In this document: one piece after another, positions 1 to 11,108 of the stretch
Position numbering within the stretch: the stretch's first letter is position 1
Layout: each line of letters starts with the position of its first letter
Notes under the pieces: generated by a model
Seen by the model: only the letters and a program-made list of their open reading frames with translations
Databases searched by the model: none
What the model was told of the DNA's origin: nothing
Made by a program: the position numbers and the translations under genes
Source of the DNA: Octopus sinensis
Taxonomy: Eukaryota
Reading direction: 5' to 3'
Length of the DNA stretch: 64,000 nt
Assembly (NCBI RefSeq): GCF_006345805.1
Contig: NC_042998.1
Coordinates: forward strand, 186,186,001 to 186,250,000

Positions 1-33
1 GCTTAAAACTGCAAGGAAAGAATAACCATATGT

Positions 34-41
34 GTGTGGTG

Positions 42-80
<39 letters not shown>

Positions 81-125
81 ATGTATGTATGTATGTATGT
101 ATGTATTTGTTTGTTTGTGAGTGTG
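34..125. repeat. Compound microsatellite (TG)n(TATG)n(TTTG)n
   Basis: Read directly from the sequence; representative of dozens of (TA)n, (TG)n, (ATT)n and (CAT)n tracts in the window. Confidence 0.95.
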
Positions 126-476
126 TAGTCACAAATGTACATACATAGACACACACAGATATGTATACCATGGGTTTCTAGACTTCTATGCAGTTTCTGT
201 TGACCAAATTCCCCTCTGAAGGCCAATCAGCTAAAGGCTACAATAGAAAACATCTACCCAATGAGCCATGCAATGGGATCGGACTCAGAACCCCATGGAT
301 CGGAAGCAAACATTTTAACTTCACGACTATGTTCCCCACCCTACTGAGTTTTACTGGTTTACTTAATGGTCTATTTATGATAAACTGTTTTCTCCCTCAT
401 TTCACATTGCATAAATATAGCTGTTAGAAAGTTCAGATGTGAAAACTTCATTATAATAAAACAAAAAATTATTGAA

Positions 477-477
<1 letters not shown>

Positions 478-507
<30 letters not shown>

Positions 508-519
508 AATGGAAATTGA

Positions 520-553
<34 letters not shown>

Positions 554-636
554 TGGAAATTGAAATAATAATAATAATAATAATAATAAAATGGAAATTG
601 AAATAATAATAATAATAATAATAAAATGGAAATTGA

Positions 637-667
<31 letters not shown>
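478..667. repeat. Compound repeat [AAATGGAAATTGAA + (ATA)n] x4
   Basis: Read directly from the sequence; the units differ in ATA copy number. Confidence 0.9.
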
Positions 668-668
<1 letters not shown>

Positions 669-1045
669 GTAAAAAGCACCATCCGAACGTGGCCGATGCC
701 AGTGCCGCGTTGTCTGGCTTCCGTGCCGGAGGCACGTAAAAAGCACCATCCGAATGTGGCCAATGCCAGCGCCGCGTTGACTGGCTTCCGTGCCGGTGGC
801 ACGTAAAAAGCACCAACTGATTGTGGCCATTGTCAGCCTCCCCTGGCACCTGTGTCGGCGGCATGTAAAAAGCACCCACTACACTCATGGAGTGGTTGGC
901 GTTAGGAAGGGCATCCAGCTGTAGAAACACTGCCAGATCAGACTGGAGCCTGGTGCAGCCTCCTGGCTTCATAGATCCTGGTCGAACCGTCCAACCCATG
1001 CTAGCATGGAAAGCGGACGTTAAACGATGATGATGATGATGATGA
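667..1045 (+). mobile_element. Repeat family C ((GAT)n-tailed, internal ~65-bp hairpin array), 4 units
   Basis: GTGCCGGTGGCACGTAAAAAGCACC units, then GTTAGGAAGGGCATCCAGCTGTAGAAA...GTTAAACGATGATGAT. Confidence 0.85.
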
Positions 1046-1797
1046 GGATAATAAATCTTTCAAATGTTTCTATATCTACTTTATGTGGTTCAGCATGAAA
1101 TAGTGAGAGGTAGGTCTTTCACTCTTTAGACCACTAATCTTTTTAACTGAAACTGGATCCAGCAGTCAGAACACTGTCATAAAACCATGTAACTGTAATT
1201 ACATAGTAGGAGGCTTGTAAAGTATGCCACACACTATGTAACTATAAACTATAAGAGATTGTTTGAGAAGAGAGACTGTGTGTGTGTGTGTGTGTTAGAC
1301 ATGTGCCATACTCTATAAATGGTCTGTGCTTAAAACAATGGAACTGTGTTAATTTCTTTTTATATATTCTCACTATGGGAAAATATATAAAATCTCTTTG
1401 GAAGAGTAATATCATTTAATGGGTATCTCATTAAGAGCATTCTTTGTTATTAGTGGTAATTTGCCATGTTTACATTAAAGTTTCTAGTTAACCAGTTTTC
1501 CTAATTTCCACAGGATTTACACACTTAATCATATCTCAATTATTAATATTTCTGTTTTTTATAAATCTCTCTCTCCCCCTCTCCTTCTCTCTCTCTACAC
1601 ACACACACCATGAAGTTAACTCTCCTTTGACCATCTGTGTAGCTAGCTGATATGAAGCATCTTGTTTCTTCCTCCTGTCATTTGATTTATTTTTATAAAA
1701 ACTAATTGTTTTCAAAGATGTTTGGGTTTTTTTCCCACCCCACCATAACTTTAGGGAAAACAAAATCTGTCATTAAATTCTAAAAATCATCTATACG

Positions 1798-2288
1798 ATA
1801 TTTCATTTTTGTATTTGGTTTGCAAGACTTTTGATGTAAACTCATGTGTTGAAACATATTTTGTTGTACTTTGGGAGGGTTATTATCATAATAAATACAA
1901 GCACTGGTACTATTTCACTTCTTTTATTCATTACTTGCTTTGCCATTTAACCAATTAAATGATCAATTGTTTATTTAGTTGTTTGGTCATTCGATCCGTT
2001 AACTAGGTTTATCAAAGTCTTTATTTCACCATTCGTGACCTGATCAATAACATACTCTCTCTACCCCAGGTGTGCTTCAAATCTGTCTCTGTCATGTAAT
2101 TGATATGGTTGCGAATGGTGACAAAAAGGCTTCAATAAACCTATCTGGTTGAGTGATTAAGCAAACTATTAATCTAACTATCGATTAGTCAGTTAGTTAA
2201 ATGGTTAACCCAAAAGCAAAGATGTGAAATAGAACCAGTGCATATGTTTATTATTGGTATAATGACCCTCTCAAGATACAACAAAATC
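1798..2288. mobile_element. Asymmetric inverted-repeat element, copy 1
   Basis: Head ATTTGGTTTGCAAGA..., IR ~1859-1918 / 2222-2287, shared with copies at 18158, 42408 and 49085. Confidence 0.55.
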
Positions 2289-2350
2289 TATATAATACTT
2301 TGTATTTCTAGACCATTCTGAAATATTTTAAAGTTCTTAACAACGAGGCA

Positions 2351-2765
2351 CAGGAGTGGCTGTGTGGTAAGTAGCTTGCTAACCAACCACATGGTTCCGG
2401 GTTCAGTCCCACTGCGTGGCATCTTGGGCAAGTGTCTTCTACTATAGCCTCGGGCTGACCAATGCCTTGTGAGTGGATTTGGTAGACAGAAACTGAAAGA
2501 AGCCTGTCGTATATATGTACATATATATATATATGTATGTGTGTATGTTTGTGTGTCTGTATTTGTCCCCCTAGCATTGCTTGACAACCGATGCTGGTGT
2601 GTTTACTTCCCCGTCACTTAGTGGTTCGGCAAAAAGAGACCGATAGAATAAGTACTGGGCTTACAAAGAATATGTCCCGGGGTCGATTTGCTCGACTAAA
2701 GGCGGTGCTCCAGCATGGCTGCAGTCAAATGCCTGAAACAAGTAAAAGAAAATAAAAGAAAAAGA
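2351..2765 (+). mobile_element. SINE family A (tRNA-derived head, CORE-like CCTTGGGCAAGT, central microsatellite)
   Basis: GGAGTGGCTGTGTGGTAAG...GGTTCAGTCCC box-B-like head and (AAAAG)n tail; several copies in the window. Confidence 0.9.
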
Positions 2766-3071
2766 AAACGAATAGAAAATAACATGCATCTTACATGTAA
2801 ACTTAGTAATAATCCTTTCTACTATAGGCGCAGGACTTGAAATTTAAGGGGAAGTGGGTAGTCAATTACATCAACCCACAGTACTCAACTGGTACTTATT
2901 TTATTGAACTTGAAAGGACGAAGGACAAAGTCAGCCTTGGCAGATTTTGAACTCAAAACAAATGTTTTAGGAGATATGTTGCTGACCATTTTGTCTGGTG
3001 TGTTAATGATTCTACCAGCTCACTGCCTTAAACTTGGTAATAATAATGATTAATAATCGTAATAATAAACC

Positions 3072-3395
3072 ATGGCAGTGGCACGTAAAAAGCACCATCC
3101 GAACATGGCCGATACCAGTGCTGCCTTGACTGGCTTCCGTGCTGGTGGCACATAAAAAGCACCAACCGATTGTGGCCATTGTCAGCCTCCCCTGGCACCT
3201 GTGCTGGTGGCACATAAAAAGCACCCACTACACTCATGGAGTGGTTGGCGTTAGGAAGGGTATCCAGCTGTAGAAACACTGCCAGATCAGACTGGAGCCT
3301 GGTGCAGCCTCCTGGCTTTCCAGACCCCGGTCGAACTGTCCAACCCATGCTAGCATGGAAAACAGACGTTAAATGATGATGATTGATGATGATGA
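3072..3395 (+). mobile_element. Repeat family C
   Basis: 3 units plus tail. Confidence 0.85.
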
Positions 3396-4295
3396 ATAGC
3401 TTAAATTTTTCTCTTCCTCAGAACAAACTGTTCCACTTGTTTCACTTTTCTGTTGTCAAATTATTTAATAATATCTAAAATACTGAAATTCATTAAAACT
3501 TTGCCTTCATTAAAACTTAATAATGAGTTTTCATACTAGTCAAAGGGTACACTTTGTAGATGATGAATATATAAGTTAATCCTAATATATGACACTTTCA
3601 TTTTATCAGCTATAAACTATGATGAACTGTCAATAGTTCAACAACCACTTCACTTTGCTACCCAAATGTTAACTAATTACTAAGCTGTCACAGTTTTTAC
3701 CACAGGATCTGTCTAAAAGTTCAGAATTTGGCAATGAAATATCTCTTCAGTAATACTATATAAAATAGAGTAAAATCCAGAATCCAGTGAAGTTGGTGGG
3801 TGTCTATGTTAGGAAAAATTAATATATAATGTGGAAGATTGGCTAAGAATTTTGTTATTTGACCCCTTGTCTGAGTGTAAGGAAATTATTTTTAAAATTG
3901 AAGTCTGAGGATTGACTTAGTGGAGAGAAACAGAGAGTGATTGCCAAACAAGAAACGTACTGCAGTGAAAAGCCAAGGAGATGAGGTGATAAAGAGGAAA
4001 ATTCAAAGATGAACAGGAAGGTAGATACAGGATATCCTTTCAAACAACCAGAGAAGGAGAAATGGTTGATGTGACCAGGATGAAGTATTAGAGGCAAGTG
4101 GGGGATAAGAGGTGAAGGAGGTGCTGCAGTGCATCCAAAAACCCCAAGTAGATTTATTGTTACATTAACAGATTAGATGATTGTGGGAAGGAGAGAAGAG
4201 GGTAGTGGTATTGTGAAGTTGCAGAAGAATGGTGAAGTCATACAGCTACATTGATACACAATTACATACACATGCAGTCATTCACATATATATAC

Positions 4296-4356
<61 letters not shown>

Positions 4357-4377
4357 TATAGAAAGAGAGAGAGTTGG

Positions 4378-4510
4378 AAAACAGAGAGACCTAATGGATA
4401 CAAATTAATTTATTAATTACTTAACATATTCACCTTCAAATGAAACAATTGTAGGTGAATACGTTAAGTAATTAATAAATTAATTTGTATCCATTAGATC
4501 TCTCTGTTTT
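4378..4510. repeat. 58-bp-arm palindrome with 17-nt spacer
   Basis: Arms 4378-4435 / 4453-4510 with 2 mismatches, next to (TA)n/(GA)n. Confidence 0.9.
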
Positions 4511-5345
4511 CTTACTCAATAATAATCTCTGATATCTTACAATATTTTATGTAATATATTCATTGAAGAAATATCTCTTCAAAATATAATATATTAAACC
4601 AGTGTTTCTTGAATAAAATATACCTAAAAGAGGTTTAAATATCCTCATTGTGACGATATATATATATATCCCTTCCCTTTTCTGTTCTTTGCATCTCTAG
4701 TAAGCCCTTCAGCCTTTAAAAGTTAAATAGCTACAGCCTCTTGTAAATAGCAGTAATGTGATTAATGTGGCAAATACCTAATCATATAACAAGAATTGAT
4801 ACCTACCTCATTGTGTTCAACCACTGATAAATTTATCGCCTGTGAATATGAAATTCCTCTTCATTTCTCTGGAAATTTACATCTACACCATTGGAAATTG
4901 TGCATCTATACAAGGATTAATTCACCCTCTCTGTAATGCTAATAAGCAGGAATTGAGACCCACCTCGTTGTGATTAACAATGGATAAATTTGTCGTCTGT
5001 GAGTATGTAATCCCTCCTCATATCTCTGGAAATTCATATGTGCACTATGGATTAGGTCACCTTCTCTGTGATGCTATTAAAACTTTTTAAAATTCTGTGA
5101 TAGACTGTACATCATCTTTAAAGAACTTTAATGAACTTTGGAAATCTGTTTATGTTACTTAATTATCTACATTACTTCATGAGTATAGCCTCAACCACTA
5201 GGATGTCTAGAGAACTCACATGTATTTTAGCTGATGAGTACGGGACACGTTTATATGCTGTAATTTTTGCAACATTTAATAAAGCCTGTCCTTGTATGAA
5301 ACGATTGTACTAAAACCTATCCATTCTTGTTGCTTCTTTCTCGCG

Positions 5346-5389
<44 letters not shown>

Positions 5390-5399
5390 GGTGTATATG

Positions 5400-5437
<38 letters not shown>

Positions 5438-5440
<3 letters not shown>

Positions 5441-5650
5441 CAATGTCAGTGTCAGGTCAATGGCACCATGCTGGTGGCACATAAAAGACACCCACTACAC
5501 TCTTGGAATGGTTGGCATTAGAAAAGGCATCCACCCATAGAAATCTTACCAAATCAGATCGGAACCTTGTGCAGCTTCCCAGTTTACCAGTTTTTGGTCA
5601 AACCATCCAACCCATGCCAGCATGGAAAATGGGCATTAAATGATGATGAT
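5438..5650 (+). mobile_element. Repeat family C, 5'-truncated
   Basis: 1 unit plus tail. Confidence 0.8.
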
Positions 5651-7616
5651 ACACACACATGCACACACACACACAGATAAATATAAATATTTATATACAT
5701 TTCTTTATGGTCATCAGGACAAATAAACTTCACAGTTTTCTGAAATTAATTTTAAAGTAGAATTTTCGACACAACAAACATAGCGAACGACTTTTACTTT
5801 CAAAGCATTAAAGACCAAAAGAATTTCCATAGAGCAATATGGGTGGAGCAATTCGACTCTTGTGATGTGATTAACATTATAGCTTTTCCAAGATGATCTC
5901 TATTCAGTGTCCAGCAAAAGGTTAATATGTGGTTCTCATTAAAAAAAAATATTAATGAGCAATTTGTGCTCACTGATGAAGAGTAGTTTAGTTTGAATTA
6001 AAAGGATTTGAAACTAAAATATTTATTGCTTTTGGTGCAATTTTCCACTATTCATTTCACTGCCTTAATTTTTCTTAGTTGTAAGAACTGAATAGGCAAG
6101 TATTTCCAAAATCATAAACAGTCTCATATGTTTTATGACCTCCTTCTGCTTGTATGGTTTTCATGTCATTAAATATTGACCAAGCATTATATGGAGTCAT
6201 GTACTCTTAAGACAGAACACTCTTTCCTCTCATATATTTCTTTTAATACACTTTCCAAATTCTATATTGACTTCAGACTTAAGAGCATGTTGAGACTCGA
6301 TTGACATTTTGTAAATACTATCATATTGGTTATTCTCCATATTGCTAGTTTTGTATGTTTTGGGGTTGTAGAGAAAATACAAAACAGGAGAAACTTAAAA
6401 GAATTGGTGATGTTGTCTTTCAAGCAGAGAACACAGTATTTAAACAAAAACATTCTTTTCTTCTTTTTATTTTCATAGTTGCTTCCTCCTTTATAATTCT
6501 ATTGAATACTGAACTTTTGATTTTTTTATTTCTTTATTTTATTCTATTTTTGTTTTGTCATTTCAATTCTGCAGCTATGTACTTAAGTACAGTACTCATC
6601 ATCATCATCATTTAATGTCCGCTTTCCATGCTGGCATGGGTTGGACAGTTTGACTGAGGACTGGTGAGCCAGATGGCTGCACCAGGCTCCAACCTGTTAT
6701 TCTATTAATAGTATTTTTCCAGTTTTGATTTAGAATTGATTATCAGTAGAATATAATGAGATTATGGTCCATGAATTAAAATTTTAATTCTTAAAGATTA
6801 TTTGAGTTGTATTTGAAAGAATAACCATGCATGCACACACACACACATGTGCACAGAGACACAATACTCATACATAAATGCATAAGCACACACATACACA
6901 CACATGCATATATCTGTTGTTAAATATTCCAAATATATCTCACCCGTGATAGCAGAAGGGAAAGAAAAAGTGTATGTGTGTATGATGATGCATCTGTTTT
7001 ACGTAGAAATGATGTAACTTGTTATGATAATGAAGAAGAGTGGGATGTGAAGATAGCGTTGACAATGTCACCGAAGTTCAGCAATCAGCATGTTTCCCCA
7101 ATTCTTTACTGCAGTATTGATTTTTCCTTTCCTGTCCTAAACTGTGTGCTAAGATTTGGAAGTATGTCTTCCTACTCTTTCATGTCTGCAAAGAAATTTA
7201 TTTCTGTATTTTGATCTGTCATTTGAGGCAAACGATGGTTCTTTGAGCCTATCAACTAATTACAGTATCATGCTTTAAATTAATAACTAAATCAAGCATC
7301 TATTTGAAGTTCAATGAAGATATTAAAAGAAAGATTCCTTTAGTTTGTCTTCCATTATATAACAAGACAGATATTTTTTCCATTCTCTTTTTTTTTATTA
7401 TTTTATAATATTCTGAATGCTCTTGAATTTTGAGATATCTTAAAATATTTCCCTGTTCCTGAAAGTAAGAAATGAAAAATCAAAAAAAGCTAATATTATT
7501 GTCTAAGTGAAATAGCCTGACTCACTGGTCTTATGTTCAAACCTGCTTCTGGTATCTCTAAATAAGCTGCTTAATTCTCTAGGTCTCAATTTACTTGGTT
7601 GTCACTAACAGTGGAT

Positions 7617-7818
7617 TGTAAATACGTATTTATTGGCTCATTTTTATTATCGACTAGAAAATTAAATTTATCATTGAATAAGATAGATGCCAATTGATAA
7701 AGACTCACTTTAATTCTTAAAGATTATTTGAGTTGTATCAATTGGCATCTATCTTATTCAATGATAAATCTAATTTTCTAGTCGATAATAAAAATGAGCC
7801 AATAAATGCGTATTTACA
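7617..7818. repeat. 83-bp-arm palindrome with 36-nt spacer
   Basis: Arms 7617-7699 / 7736-7818 with 2 mismatches. Confidence 0.9.
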
Positions 7819-7845
7819 AGGTCACTGACCTGTTAGAAATAGTGG

Positions 7846-8068
7846 AAGAAACGTTAGCACACTGGGCGAAATGCATAGCTGTATTTCGTCTGTCGTTACG
7901 TTCTGAGTTCAAATTCCGCCGAGGTCGACTTTGTCTTTCATCCTTTCGGGGTCGATAAATTAAGTACCAGTTTCGCACTGGGGTCAATGTCATCGACTTA
8001 ATCCCTTTGTCTGTCCTTGTTTGTCTCCTCTACGTTTAGCCCCATGTGGGCAATAAAGAAATAAGAAA
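7846..8068 (+). mobile_element. SINE family B (GGCAGAAACGTTAGCACG...GAGTTCAAATTCC; AAAGAAATA tail)
   Basis: tRNA-like A/B boxes; many copies in the window. Confidence 0.88.
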
Positions 8069-8435
8069 TAGTAGTCATTCTACCTTACAGTTTCCATTTC
8101 CCAAATTCACTCACATCTAGACCAAGATGAATTGTTTAATCAACAGAACAGCCTTCTCATTAAATTAGCTTGTACATGGCTGAGTATTCCTCAGATATGT
8201 ATATCCTTTATAGAATTCTCAGGAGGATAAGTTTGACAGTGTATAATGAAAGTGGCCCATTTGAATTGCAAATATTGTACATCTGATAGCTTTTGACCCA
8301 GTTACCATTCTCTCCATTTTCATTCAAATGGCTCATGTAACAGGCACTTGTCCAAAATGCCACTCAGTGAGATTGAAGAAAGCTGAGACTTCATGACTGT
8401 GAAACACATATGTAGCCATGCTTACATCCATCCAT

Positions 8436-8479
<44 letters not shown>

Positions 8480-8615
8480 CTCTCTCTTTCGGAGAGGCAC
8501 TGAGCAGCTATACGCACACATACACACACGGCAGTAACTTCCACCTACCGAATTCAATCACAAAGCTCTGGTCGGCTCGGGGCTATAGTGAAAGACACCT
8601 ATATATATATATTAA

Positions 8616-8906
8616 TGGCACGTAAAAAGCAAAGTTCAAGCATGGTCAATGCTAGTGCTGCCTGACTGGCACCCGTGCCACATAAAAAGCACCATTCAAG
8701 CATGGTCAATGCCAGTAGCACATAAAAAGCACCCACTACACTCTTGAAGTGGTTGGCATTAGGAAGGGCATCCAGCTGTAGAAACCTTGCCAGATCAGAC
8801 TGGAGCCTGGCACGACCTCCTGGCTTGCCAGTTCTCAGTGAAACCATCCAACCCATGCCAGCATGGAAAGCAGACATTAAACGATGATGATGATGATGAT
8901 GATGAT
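8616..8906 (+). mobile_element. Repeat family C
   Basis: 3 partial units plus GAT tail. Confidence 0.8.
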
Positions 8907-8940
8907 ATATATATATATATTAATATATATATATATATAC

Positions 8941-9706
8941 ATGAATGTTTTTATATATAATGAACGTGAAATACAGGAAGGGACGAACACGGAACACAGA
9001 CAAATCATTCGAAGCCTTCAATCTTCAGTCAGACACCGATCATCATAGCAAATTTCGCTGTTCAATTCTGATATTTGCTCCAACTCGGCCAGCCCCAAGA
9101 AAAAAACTAAGCTGTAAGCATTAGATTTCTTGGTAGAAGACAGGAATGTGAACACACAAGACGGATGTTATACAAGAGACGAAAACGAAATTGAAAACAG
9201 TAATGAAAAAACAATATATATAACGGTGGTTGTCATACGACTTTAGACCAAATGAGACAAACAACAACAACATAGCAGCTGGCGTGAAATAATTACCGTT
9301 TCGGTAGCGGGACACATGTTGGTCGAGATACGAAGGCCAACAGAATGGTTGAAGAAGCAGCAGGTCGCAGGAGAAGAGAAAGAGAGACAGAGAGAGAGGG
9401 AATCAAAGAGGGTGAAGGCAGGGGACAGAATCAGTGACCAAGAGAAGAAGCAAAGAATTGGAGGATGGTTGAAGAGAGGGGAAGAATCGGAGGCGCCAAA
9501 AAGTTTGGTGAAGAAGCAATGGCGGGTAGTAAAAGACAGTGTGTATAGAAGTCGTGCAGGGTTTAAAATTGGACAAACAAACGGGGGGGGGGTGCACGTA
9601 ACGCCGCAATAATATAAGAATGAATGTTTTTATATATAATGAACGTGAAATACAGGAAGGGACGAACACGGAACACAGACAAATCATTCGAAGCCTTCAA
9701 TCTTCA
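8941..9706. mobile_element. Element bounded by identical 87-bp direct repeats (8941-9027, 9620-9706) next to (TA)n
   Basis: The repeats are identical by direct reading, 679 bp apart, with a purine-rich interior and no recognisable ORF. Confidence 0.6.
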
Positions 9707-9904
9707 TACTCGGTCATGCTTCGATATAAGAGTTAATTTGTTCCTGGAGACCATTACCTATAAAATTTACAATACTTGTAAATAAATGGCAATAAATCAA
9801 CAGTAGAATGTAAAGAATATTTTATGTAAAGTTAAAAGAGTGTCGAGATCATTTACAATAAAAAATATTATTATTATTATCATTTCCTGATTGCTGTCAG
9901 CTGA

Positions 9905-10750
9905 GCCTGCGTAAGGTGCACATAGAGCAACAAAACCATTCTGCATGCACTTGTTCCAGTGACCGTGCTTTGCTGACCTGTGGGTTTATGTTGAACAGCT
10001 GCTGTCATGTGTACGACAGATCTGGCTATCAACTGAACCCATAGTGAGGATTGTCCCACTGCCCTCCTTCGGCCGGGAGGGACAGGCAGTTTTCATTTCT
10101 CTGGTGGTTATAGTGAAAGATGTTGTATGGTGGACATGCTTGAAAGGACTGAAGACAGACACTTTCCTCTTTGGACAAGCCCTCATCAACTTTTTCAAGT
10201 TTCACTTGAAAAGGAAAGTGAGACCCTGTGCTTGAGCAGACCTATTGAGTCAAGTACATCAACATCAAAAATTCAAATGGAAACTGTAGTTGTGATACCT
10301 GTGCCGGTGGCATGTAAAAAGCGCCATCCGAACATGGCCGATGCCAGCACCACCTTGACTGGCTTCCGTGCCGGTGGCATGTAAAAGGCACCAACCGATC
10401 GTGGCCGTTGCCAGCCTCCCCTGGCACGTAAAAAGCACCTTCTAGCAAGTTTGTTGAAAGATGAGTGAATGTTGGAAAAATGGTTAGTGTGAAAGGACCT
10501 ATCTTGAGCATGCACCTGTAAAGAGGAAAAAAACGGAGAGGGCTCTTGCCCTGTTGGTCAGATCACCCGTAGTTTTGTGGGTTTTTTCCATGAGCAACCT
10601 TTAAATTGCCCCCCACCCTTTTTGGGAATTTTAATTATTTAATTTTCATTGTTCTTCTGTTTACAGGATTTAAAAACCCTTTTGTAGTGTCCAGTTATGT
10701 CCTTTTATGTTATTTTATGAAAGCCCTTGATTCTAATAAAAGAATAAATT
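9905..10750 (+). mobile_element. L1/Tx1-clade LINE 3' fragment, interrupted at 10228-10439
   Basis: CVRC..NKTILHALV zinc-knuckle relic, ADLWVYVEQLL, LVVIVKDVVWWT...FFKFHLKRKVR; the frame resumes after the insert and ends near AATAAAAGAATAAA. Confidence 0.6.
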
Positions 10751-11069
10751 ATCATTTTCTAGATCACTTTCACTCACACTGGACGGACACACCATCACTT
10801 GTAGATGCAATTGCTAATTCATAAGCACTCTTAAACAGACTTGTAGATTTCTTTTTAAAAAAGCAAGTCTAGAGTTGTTTGCTTAGAGGTTTTATTTTCT
10901 TGCTCTCTATAAATCTCTCAGTAACACACAGAAGCATTTGTTATGGTAGTAGAAACTTTTGCACTTCATTAAAAACTCTGATCTTAGCTGTTTAACTTTT
11001 TATTATTATTATAAAATAAAGCTTATAAACCTGGAATCTCATAAAGCGGGTCTTCATAAAGTGAGGTAT

Positions 11070-11106
<37 letters not shown>

Positions 11107-11108
<2 letters not shown>

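Noticed and set aside
667-880. CRISPR-like repeat-spacer appearance
   Set aside because: The spacers are related to each other, the array is part of a dispersed eukaryotic retro-repeat, and no cas genes are present.
371-999. Long ORFs with poly-Y, poly-I and poly-L
   Set aside because: They are read-throughs of (ATA)n and family C repeats with no protein signal.
2288-2587. Recurrent ORFs such as MSSNARG... and MGWTVRPG... across the window
   Set aside because: They are translations of SINE families A and C, recurring with each copy.
5231-5260. CTGATGA as a hammerhead core
   Set aside because: No stem II or downstream GAAA.
6355-6615. ORF containing IGDVV, resembling an IP3R motif
   Set aside because: No further similarity and no fitting splice sites; the real GDVV exon is at 17887.
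6978-7214. 78-aa ORF with protein-like composition
   Set aside because: No recognisable domain or splice pattern.
9000-9060. CTGAAGA on the minus strand as a hammerhead
   Set aside because: It is followed by GAAT rather than GAAA, and stems I and II do not close canonically.
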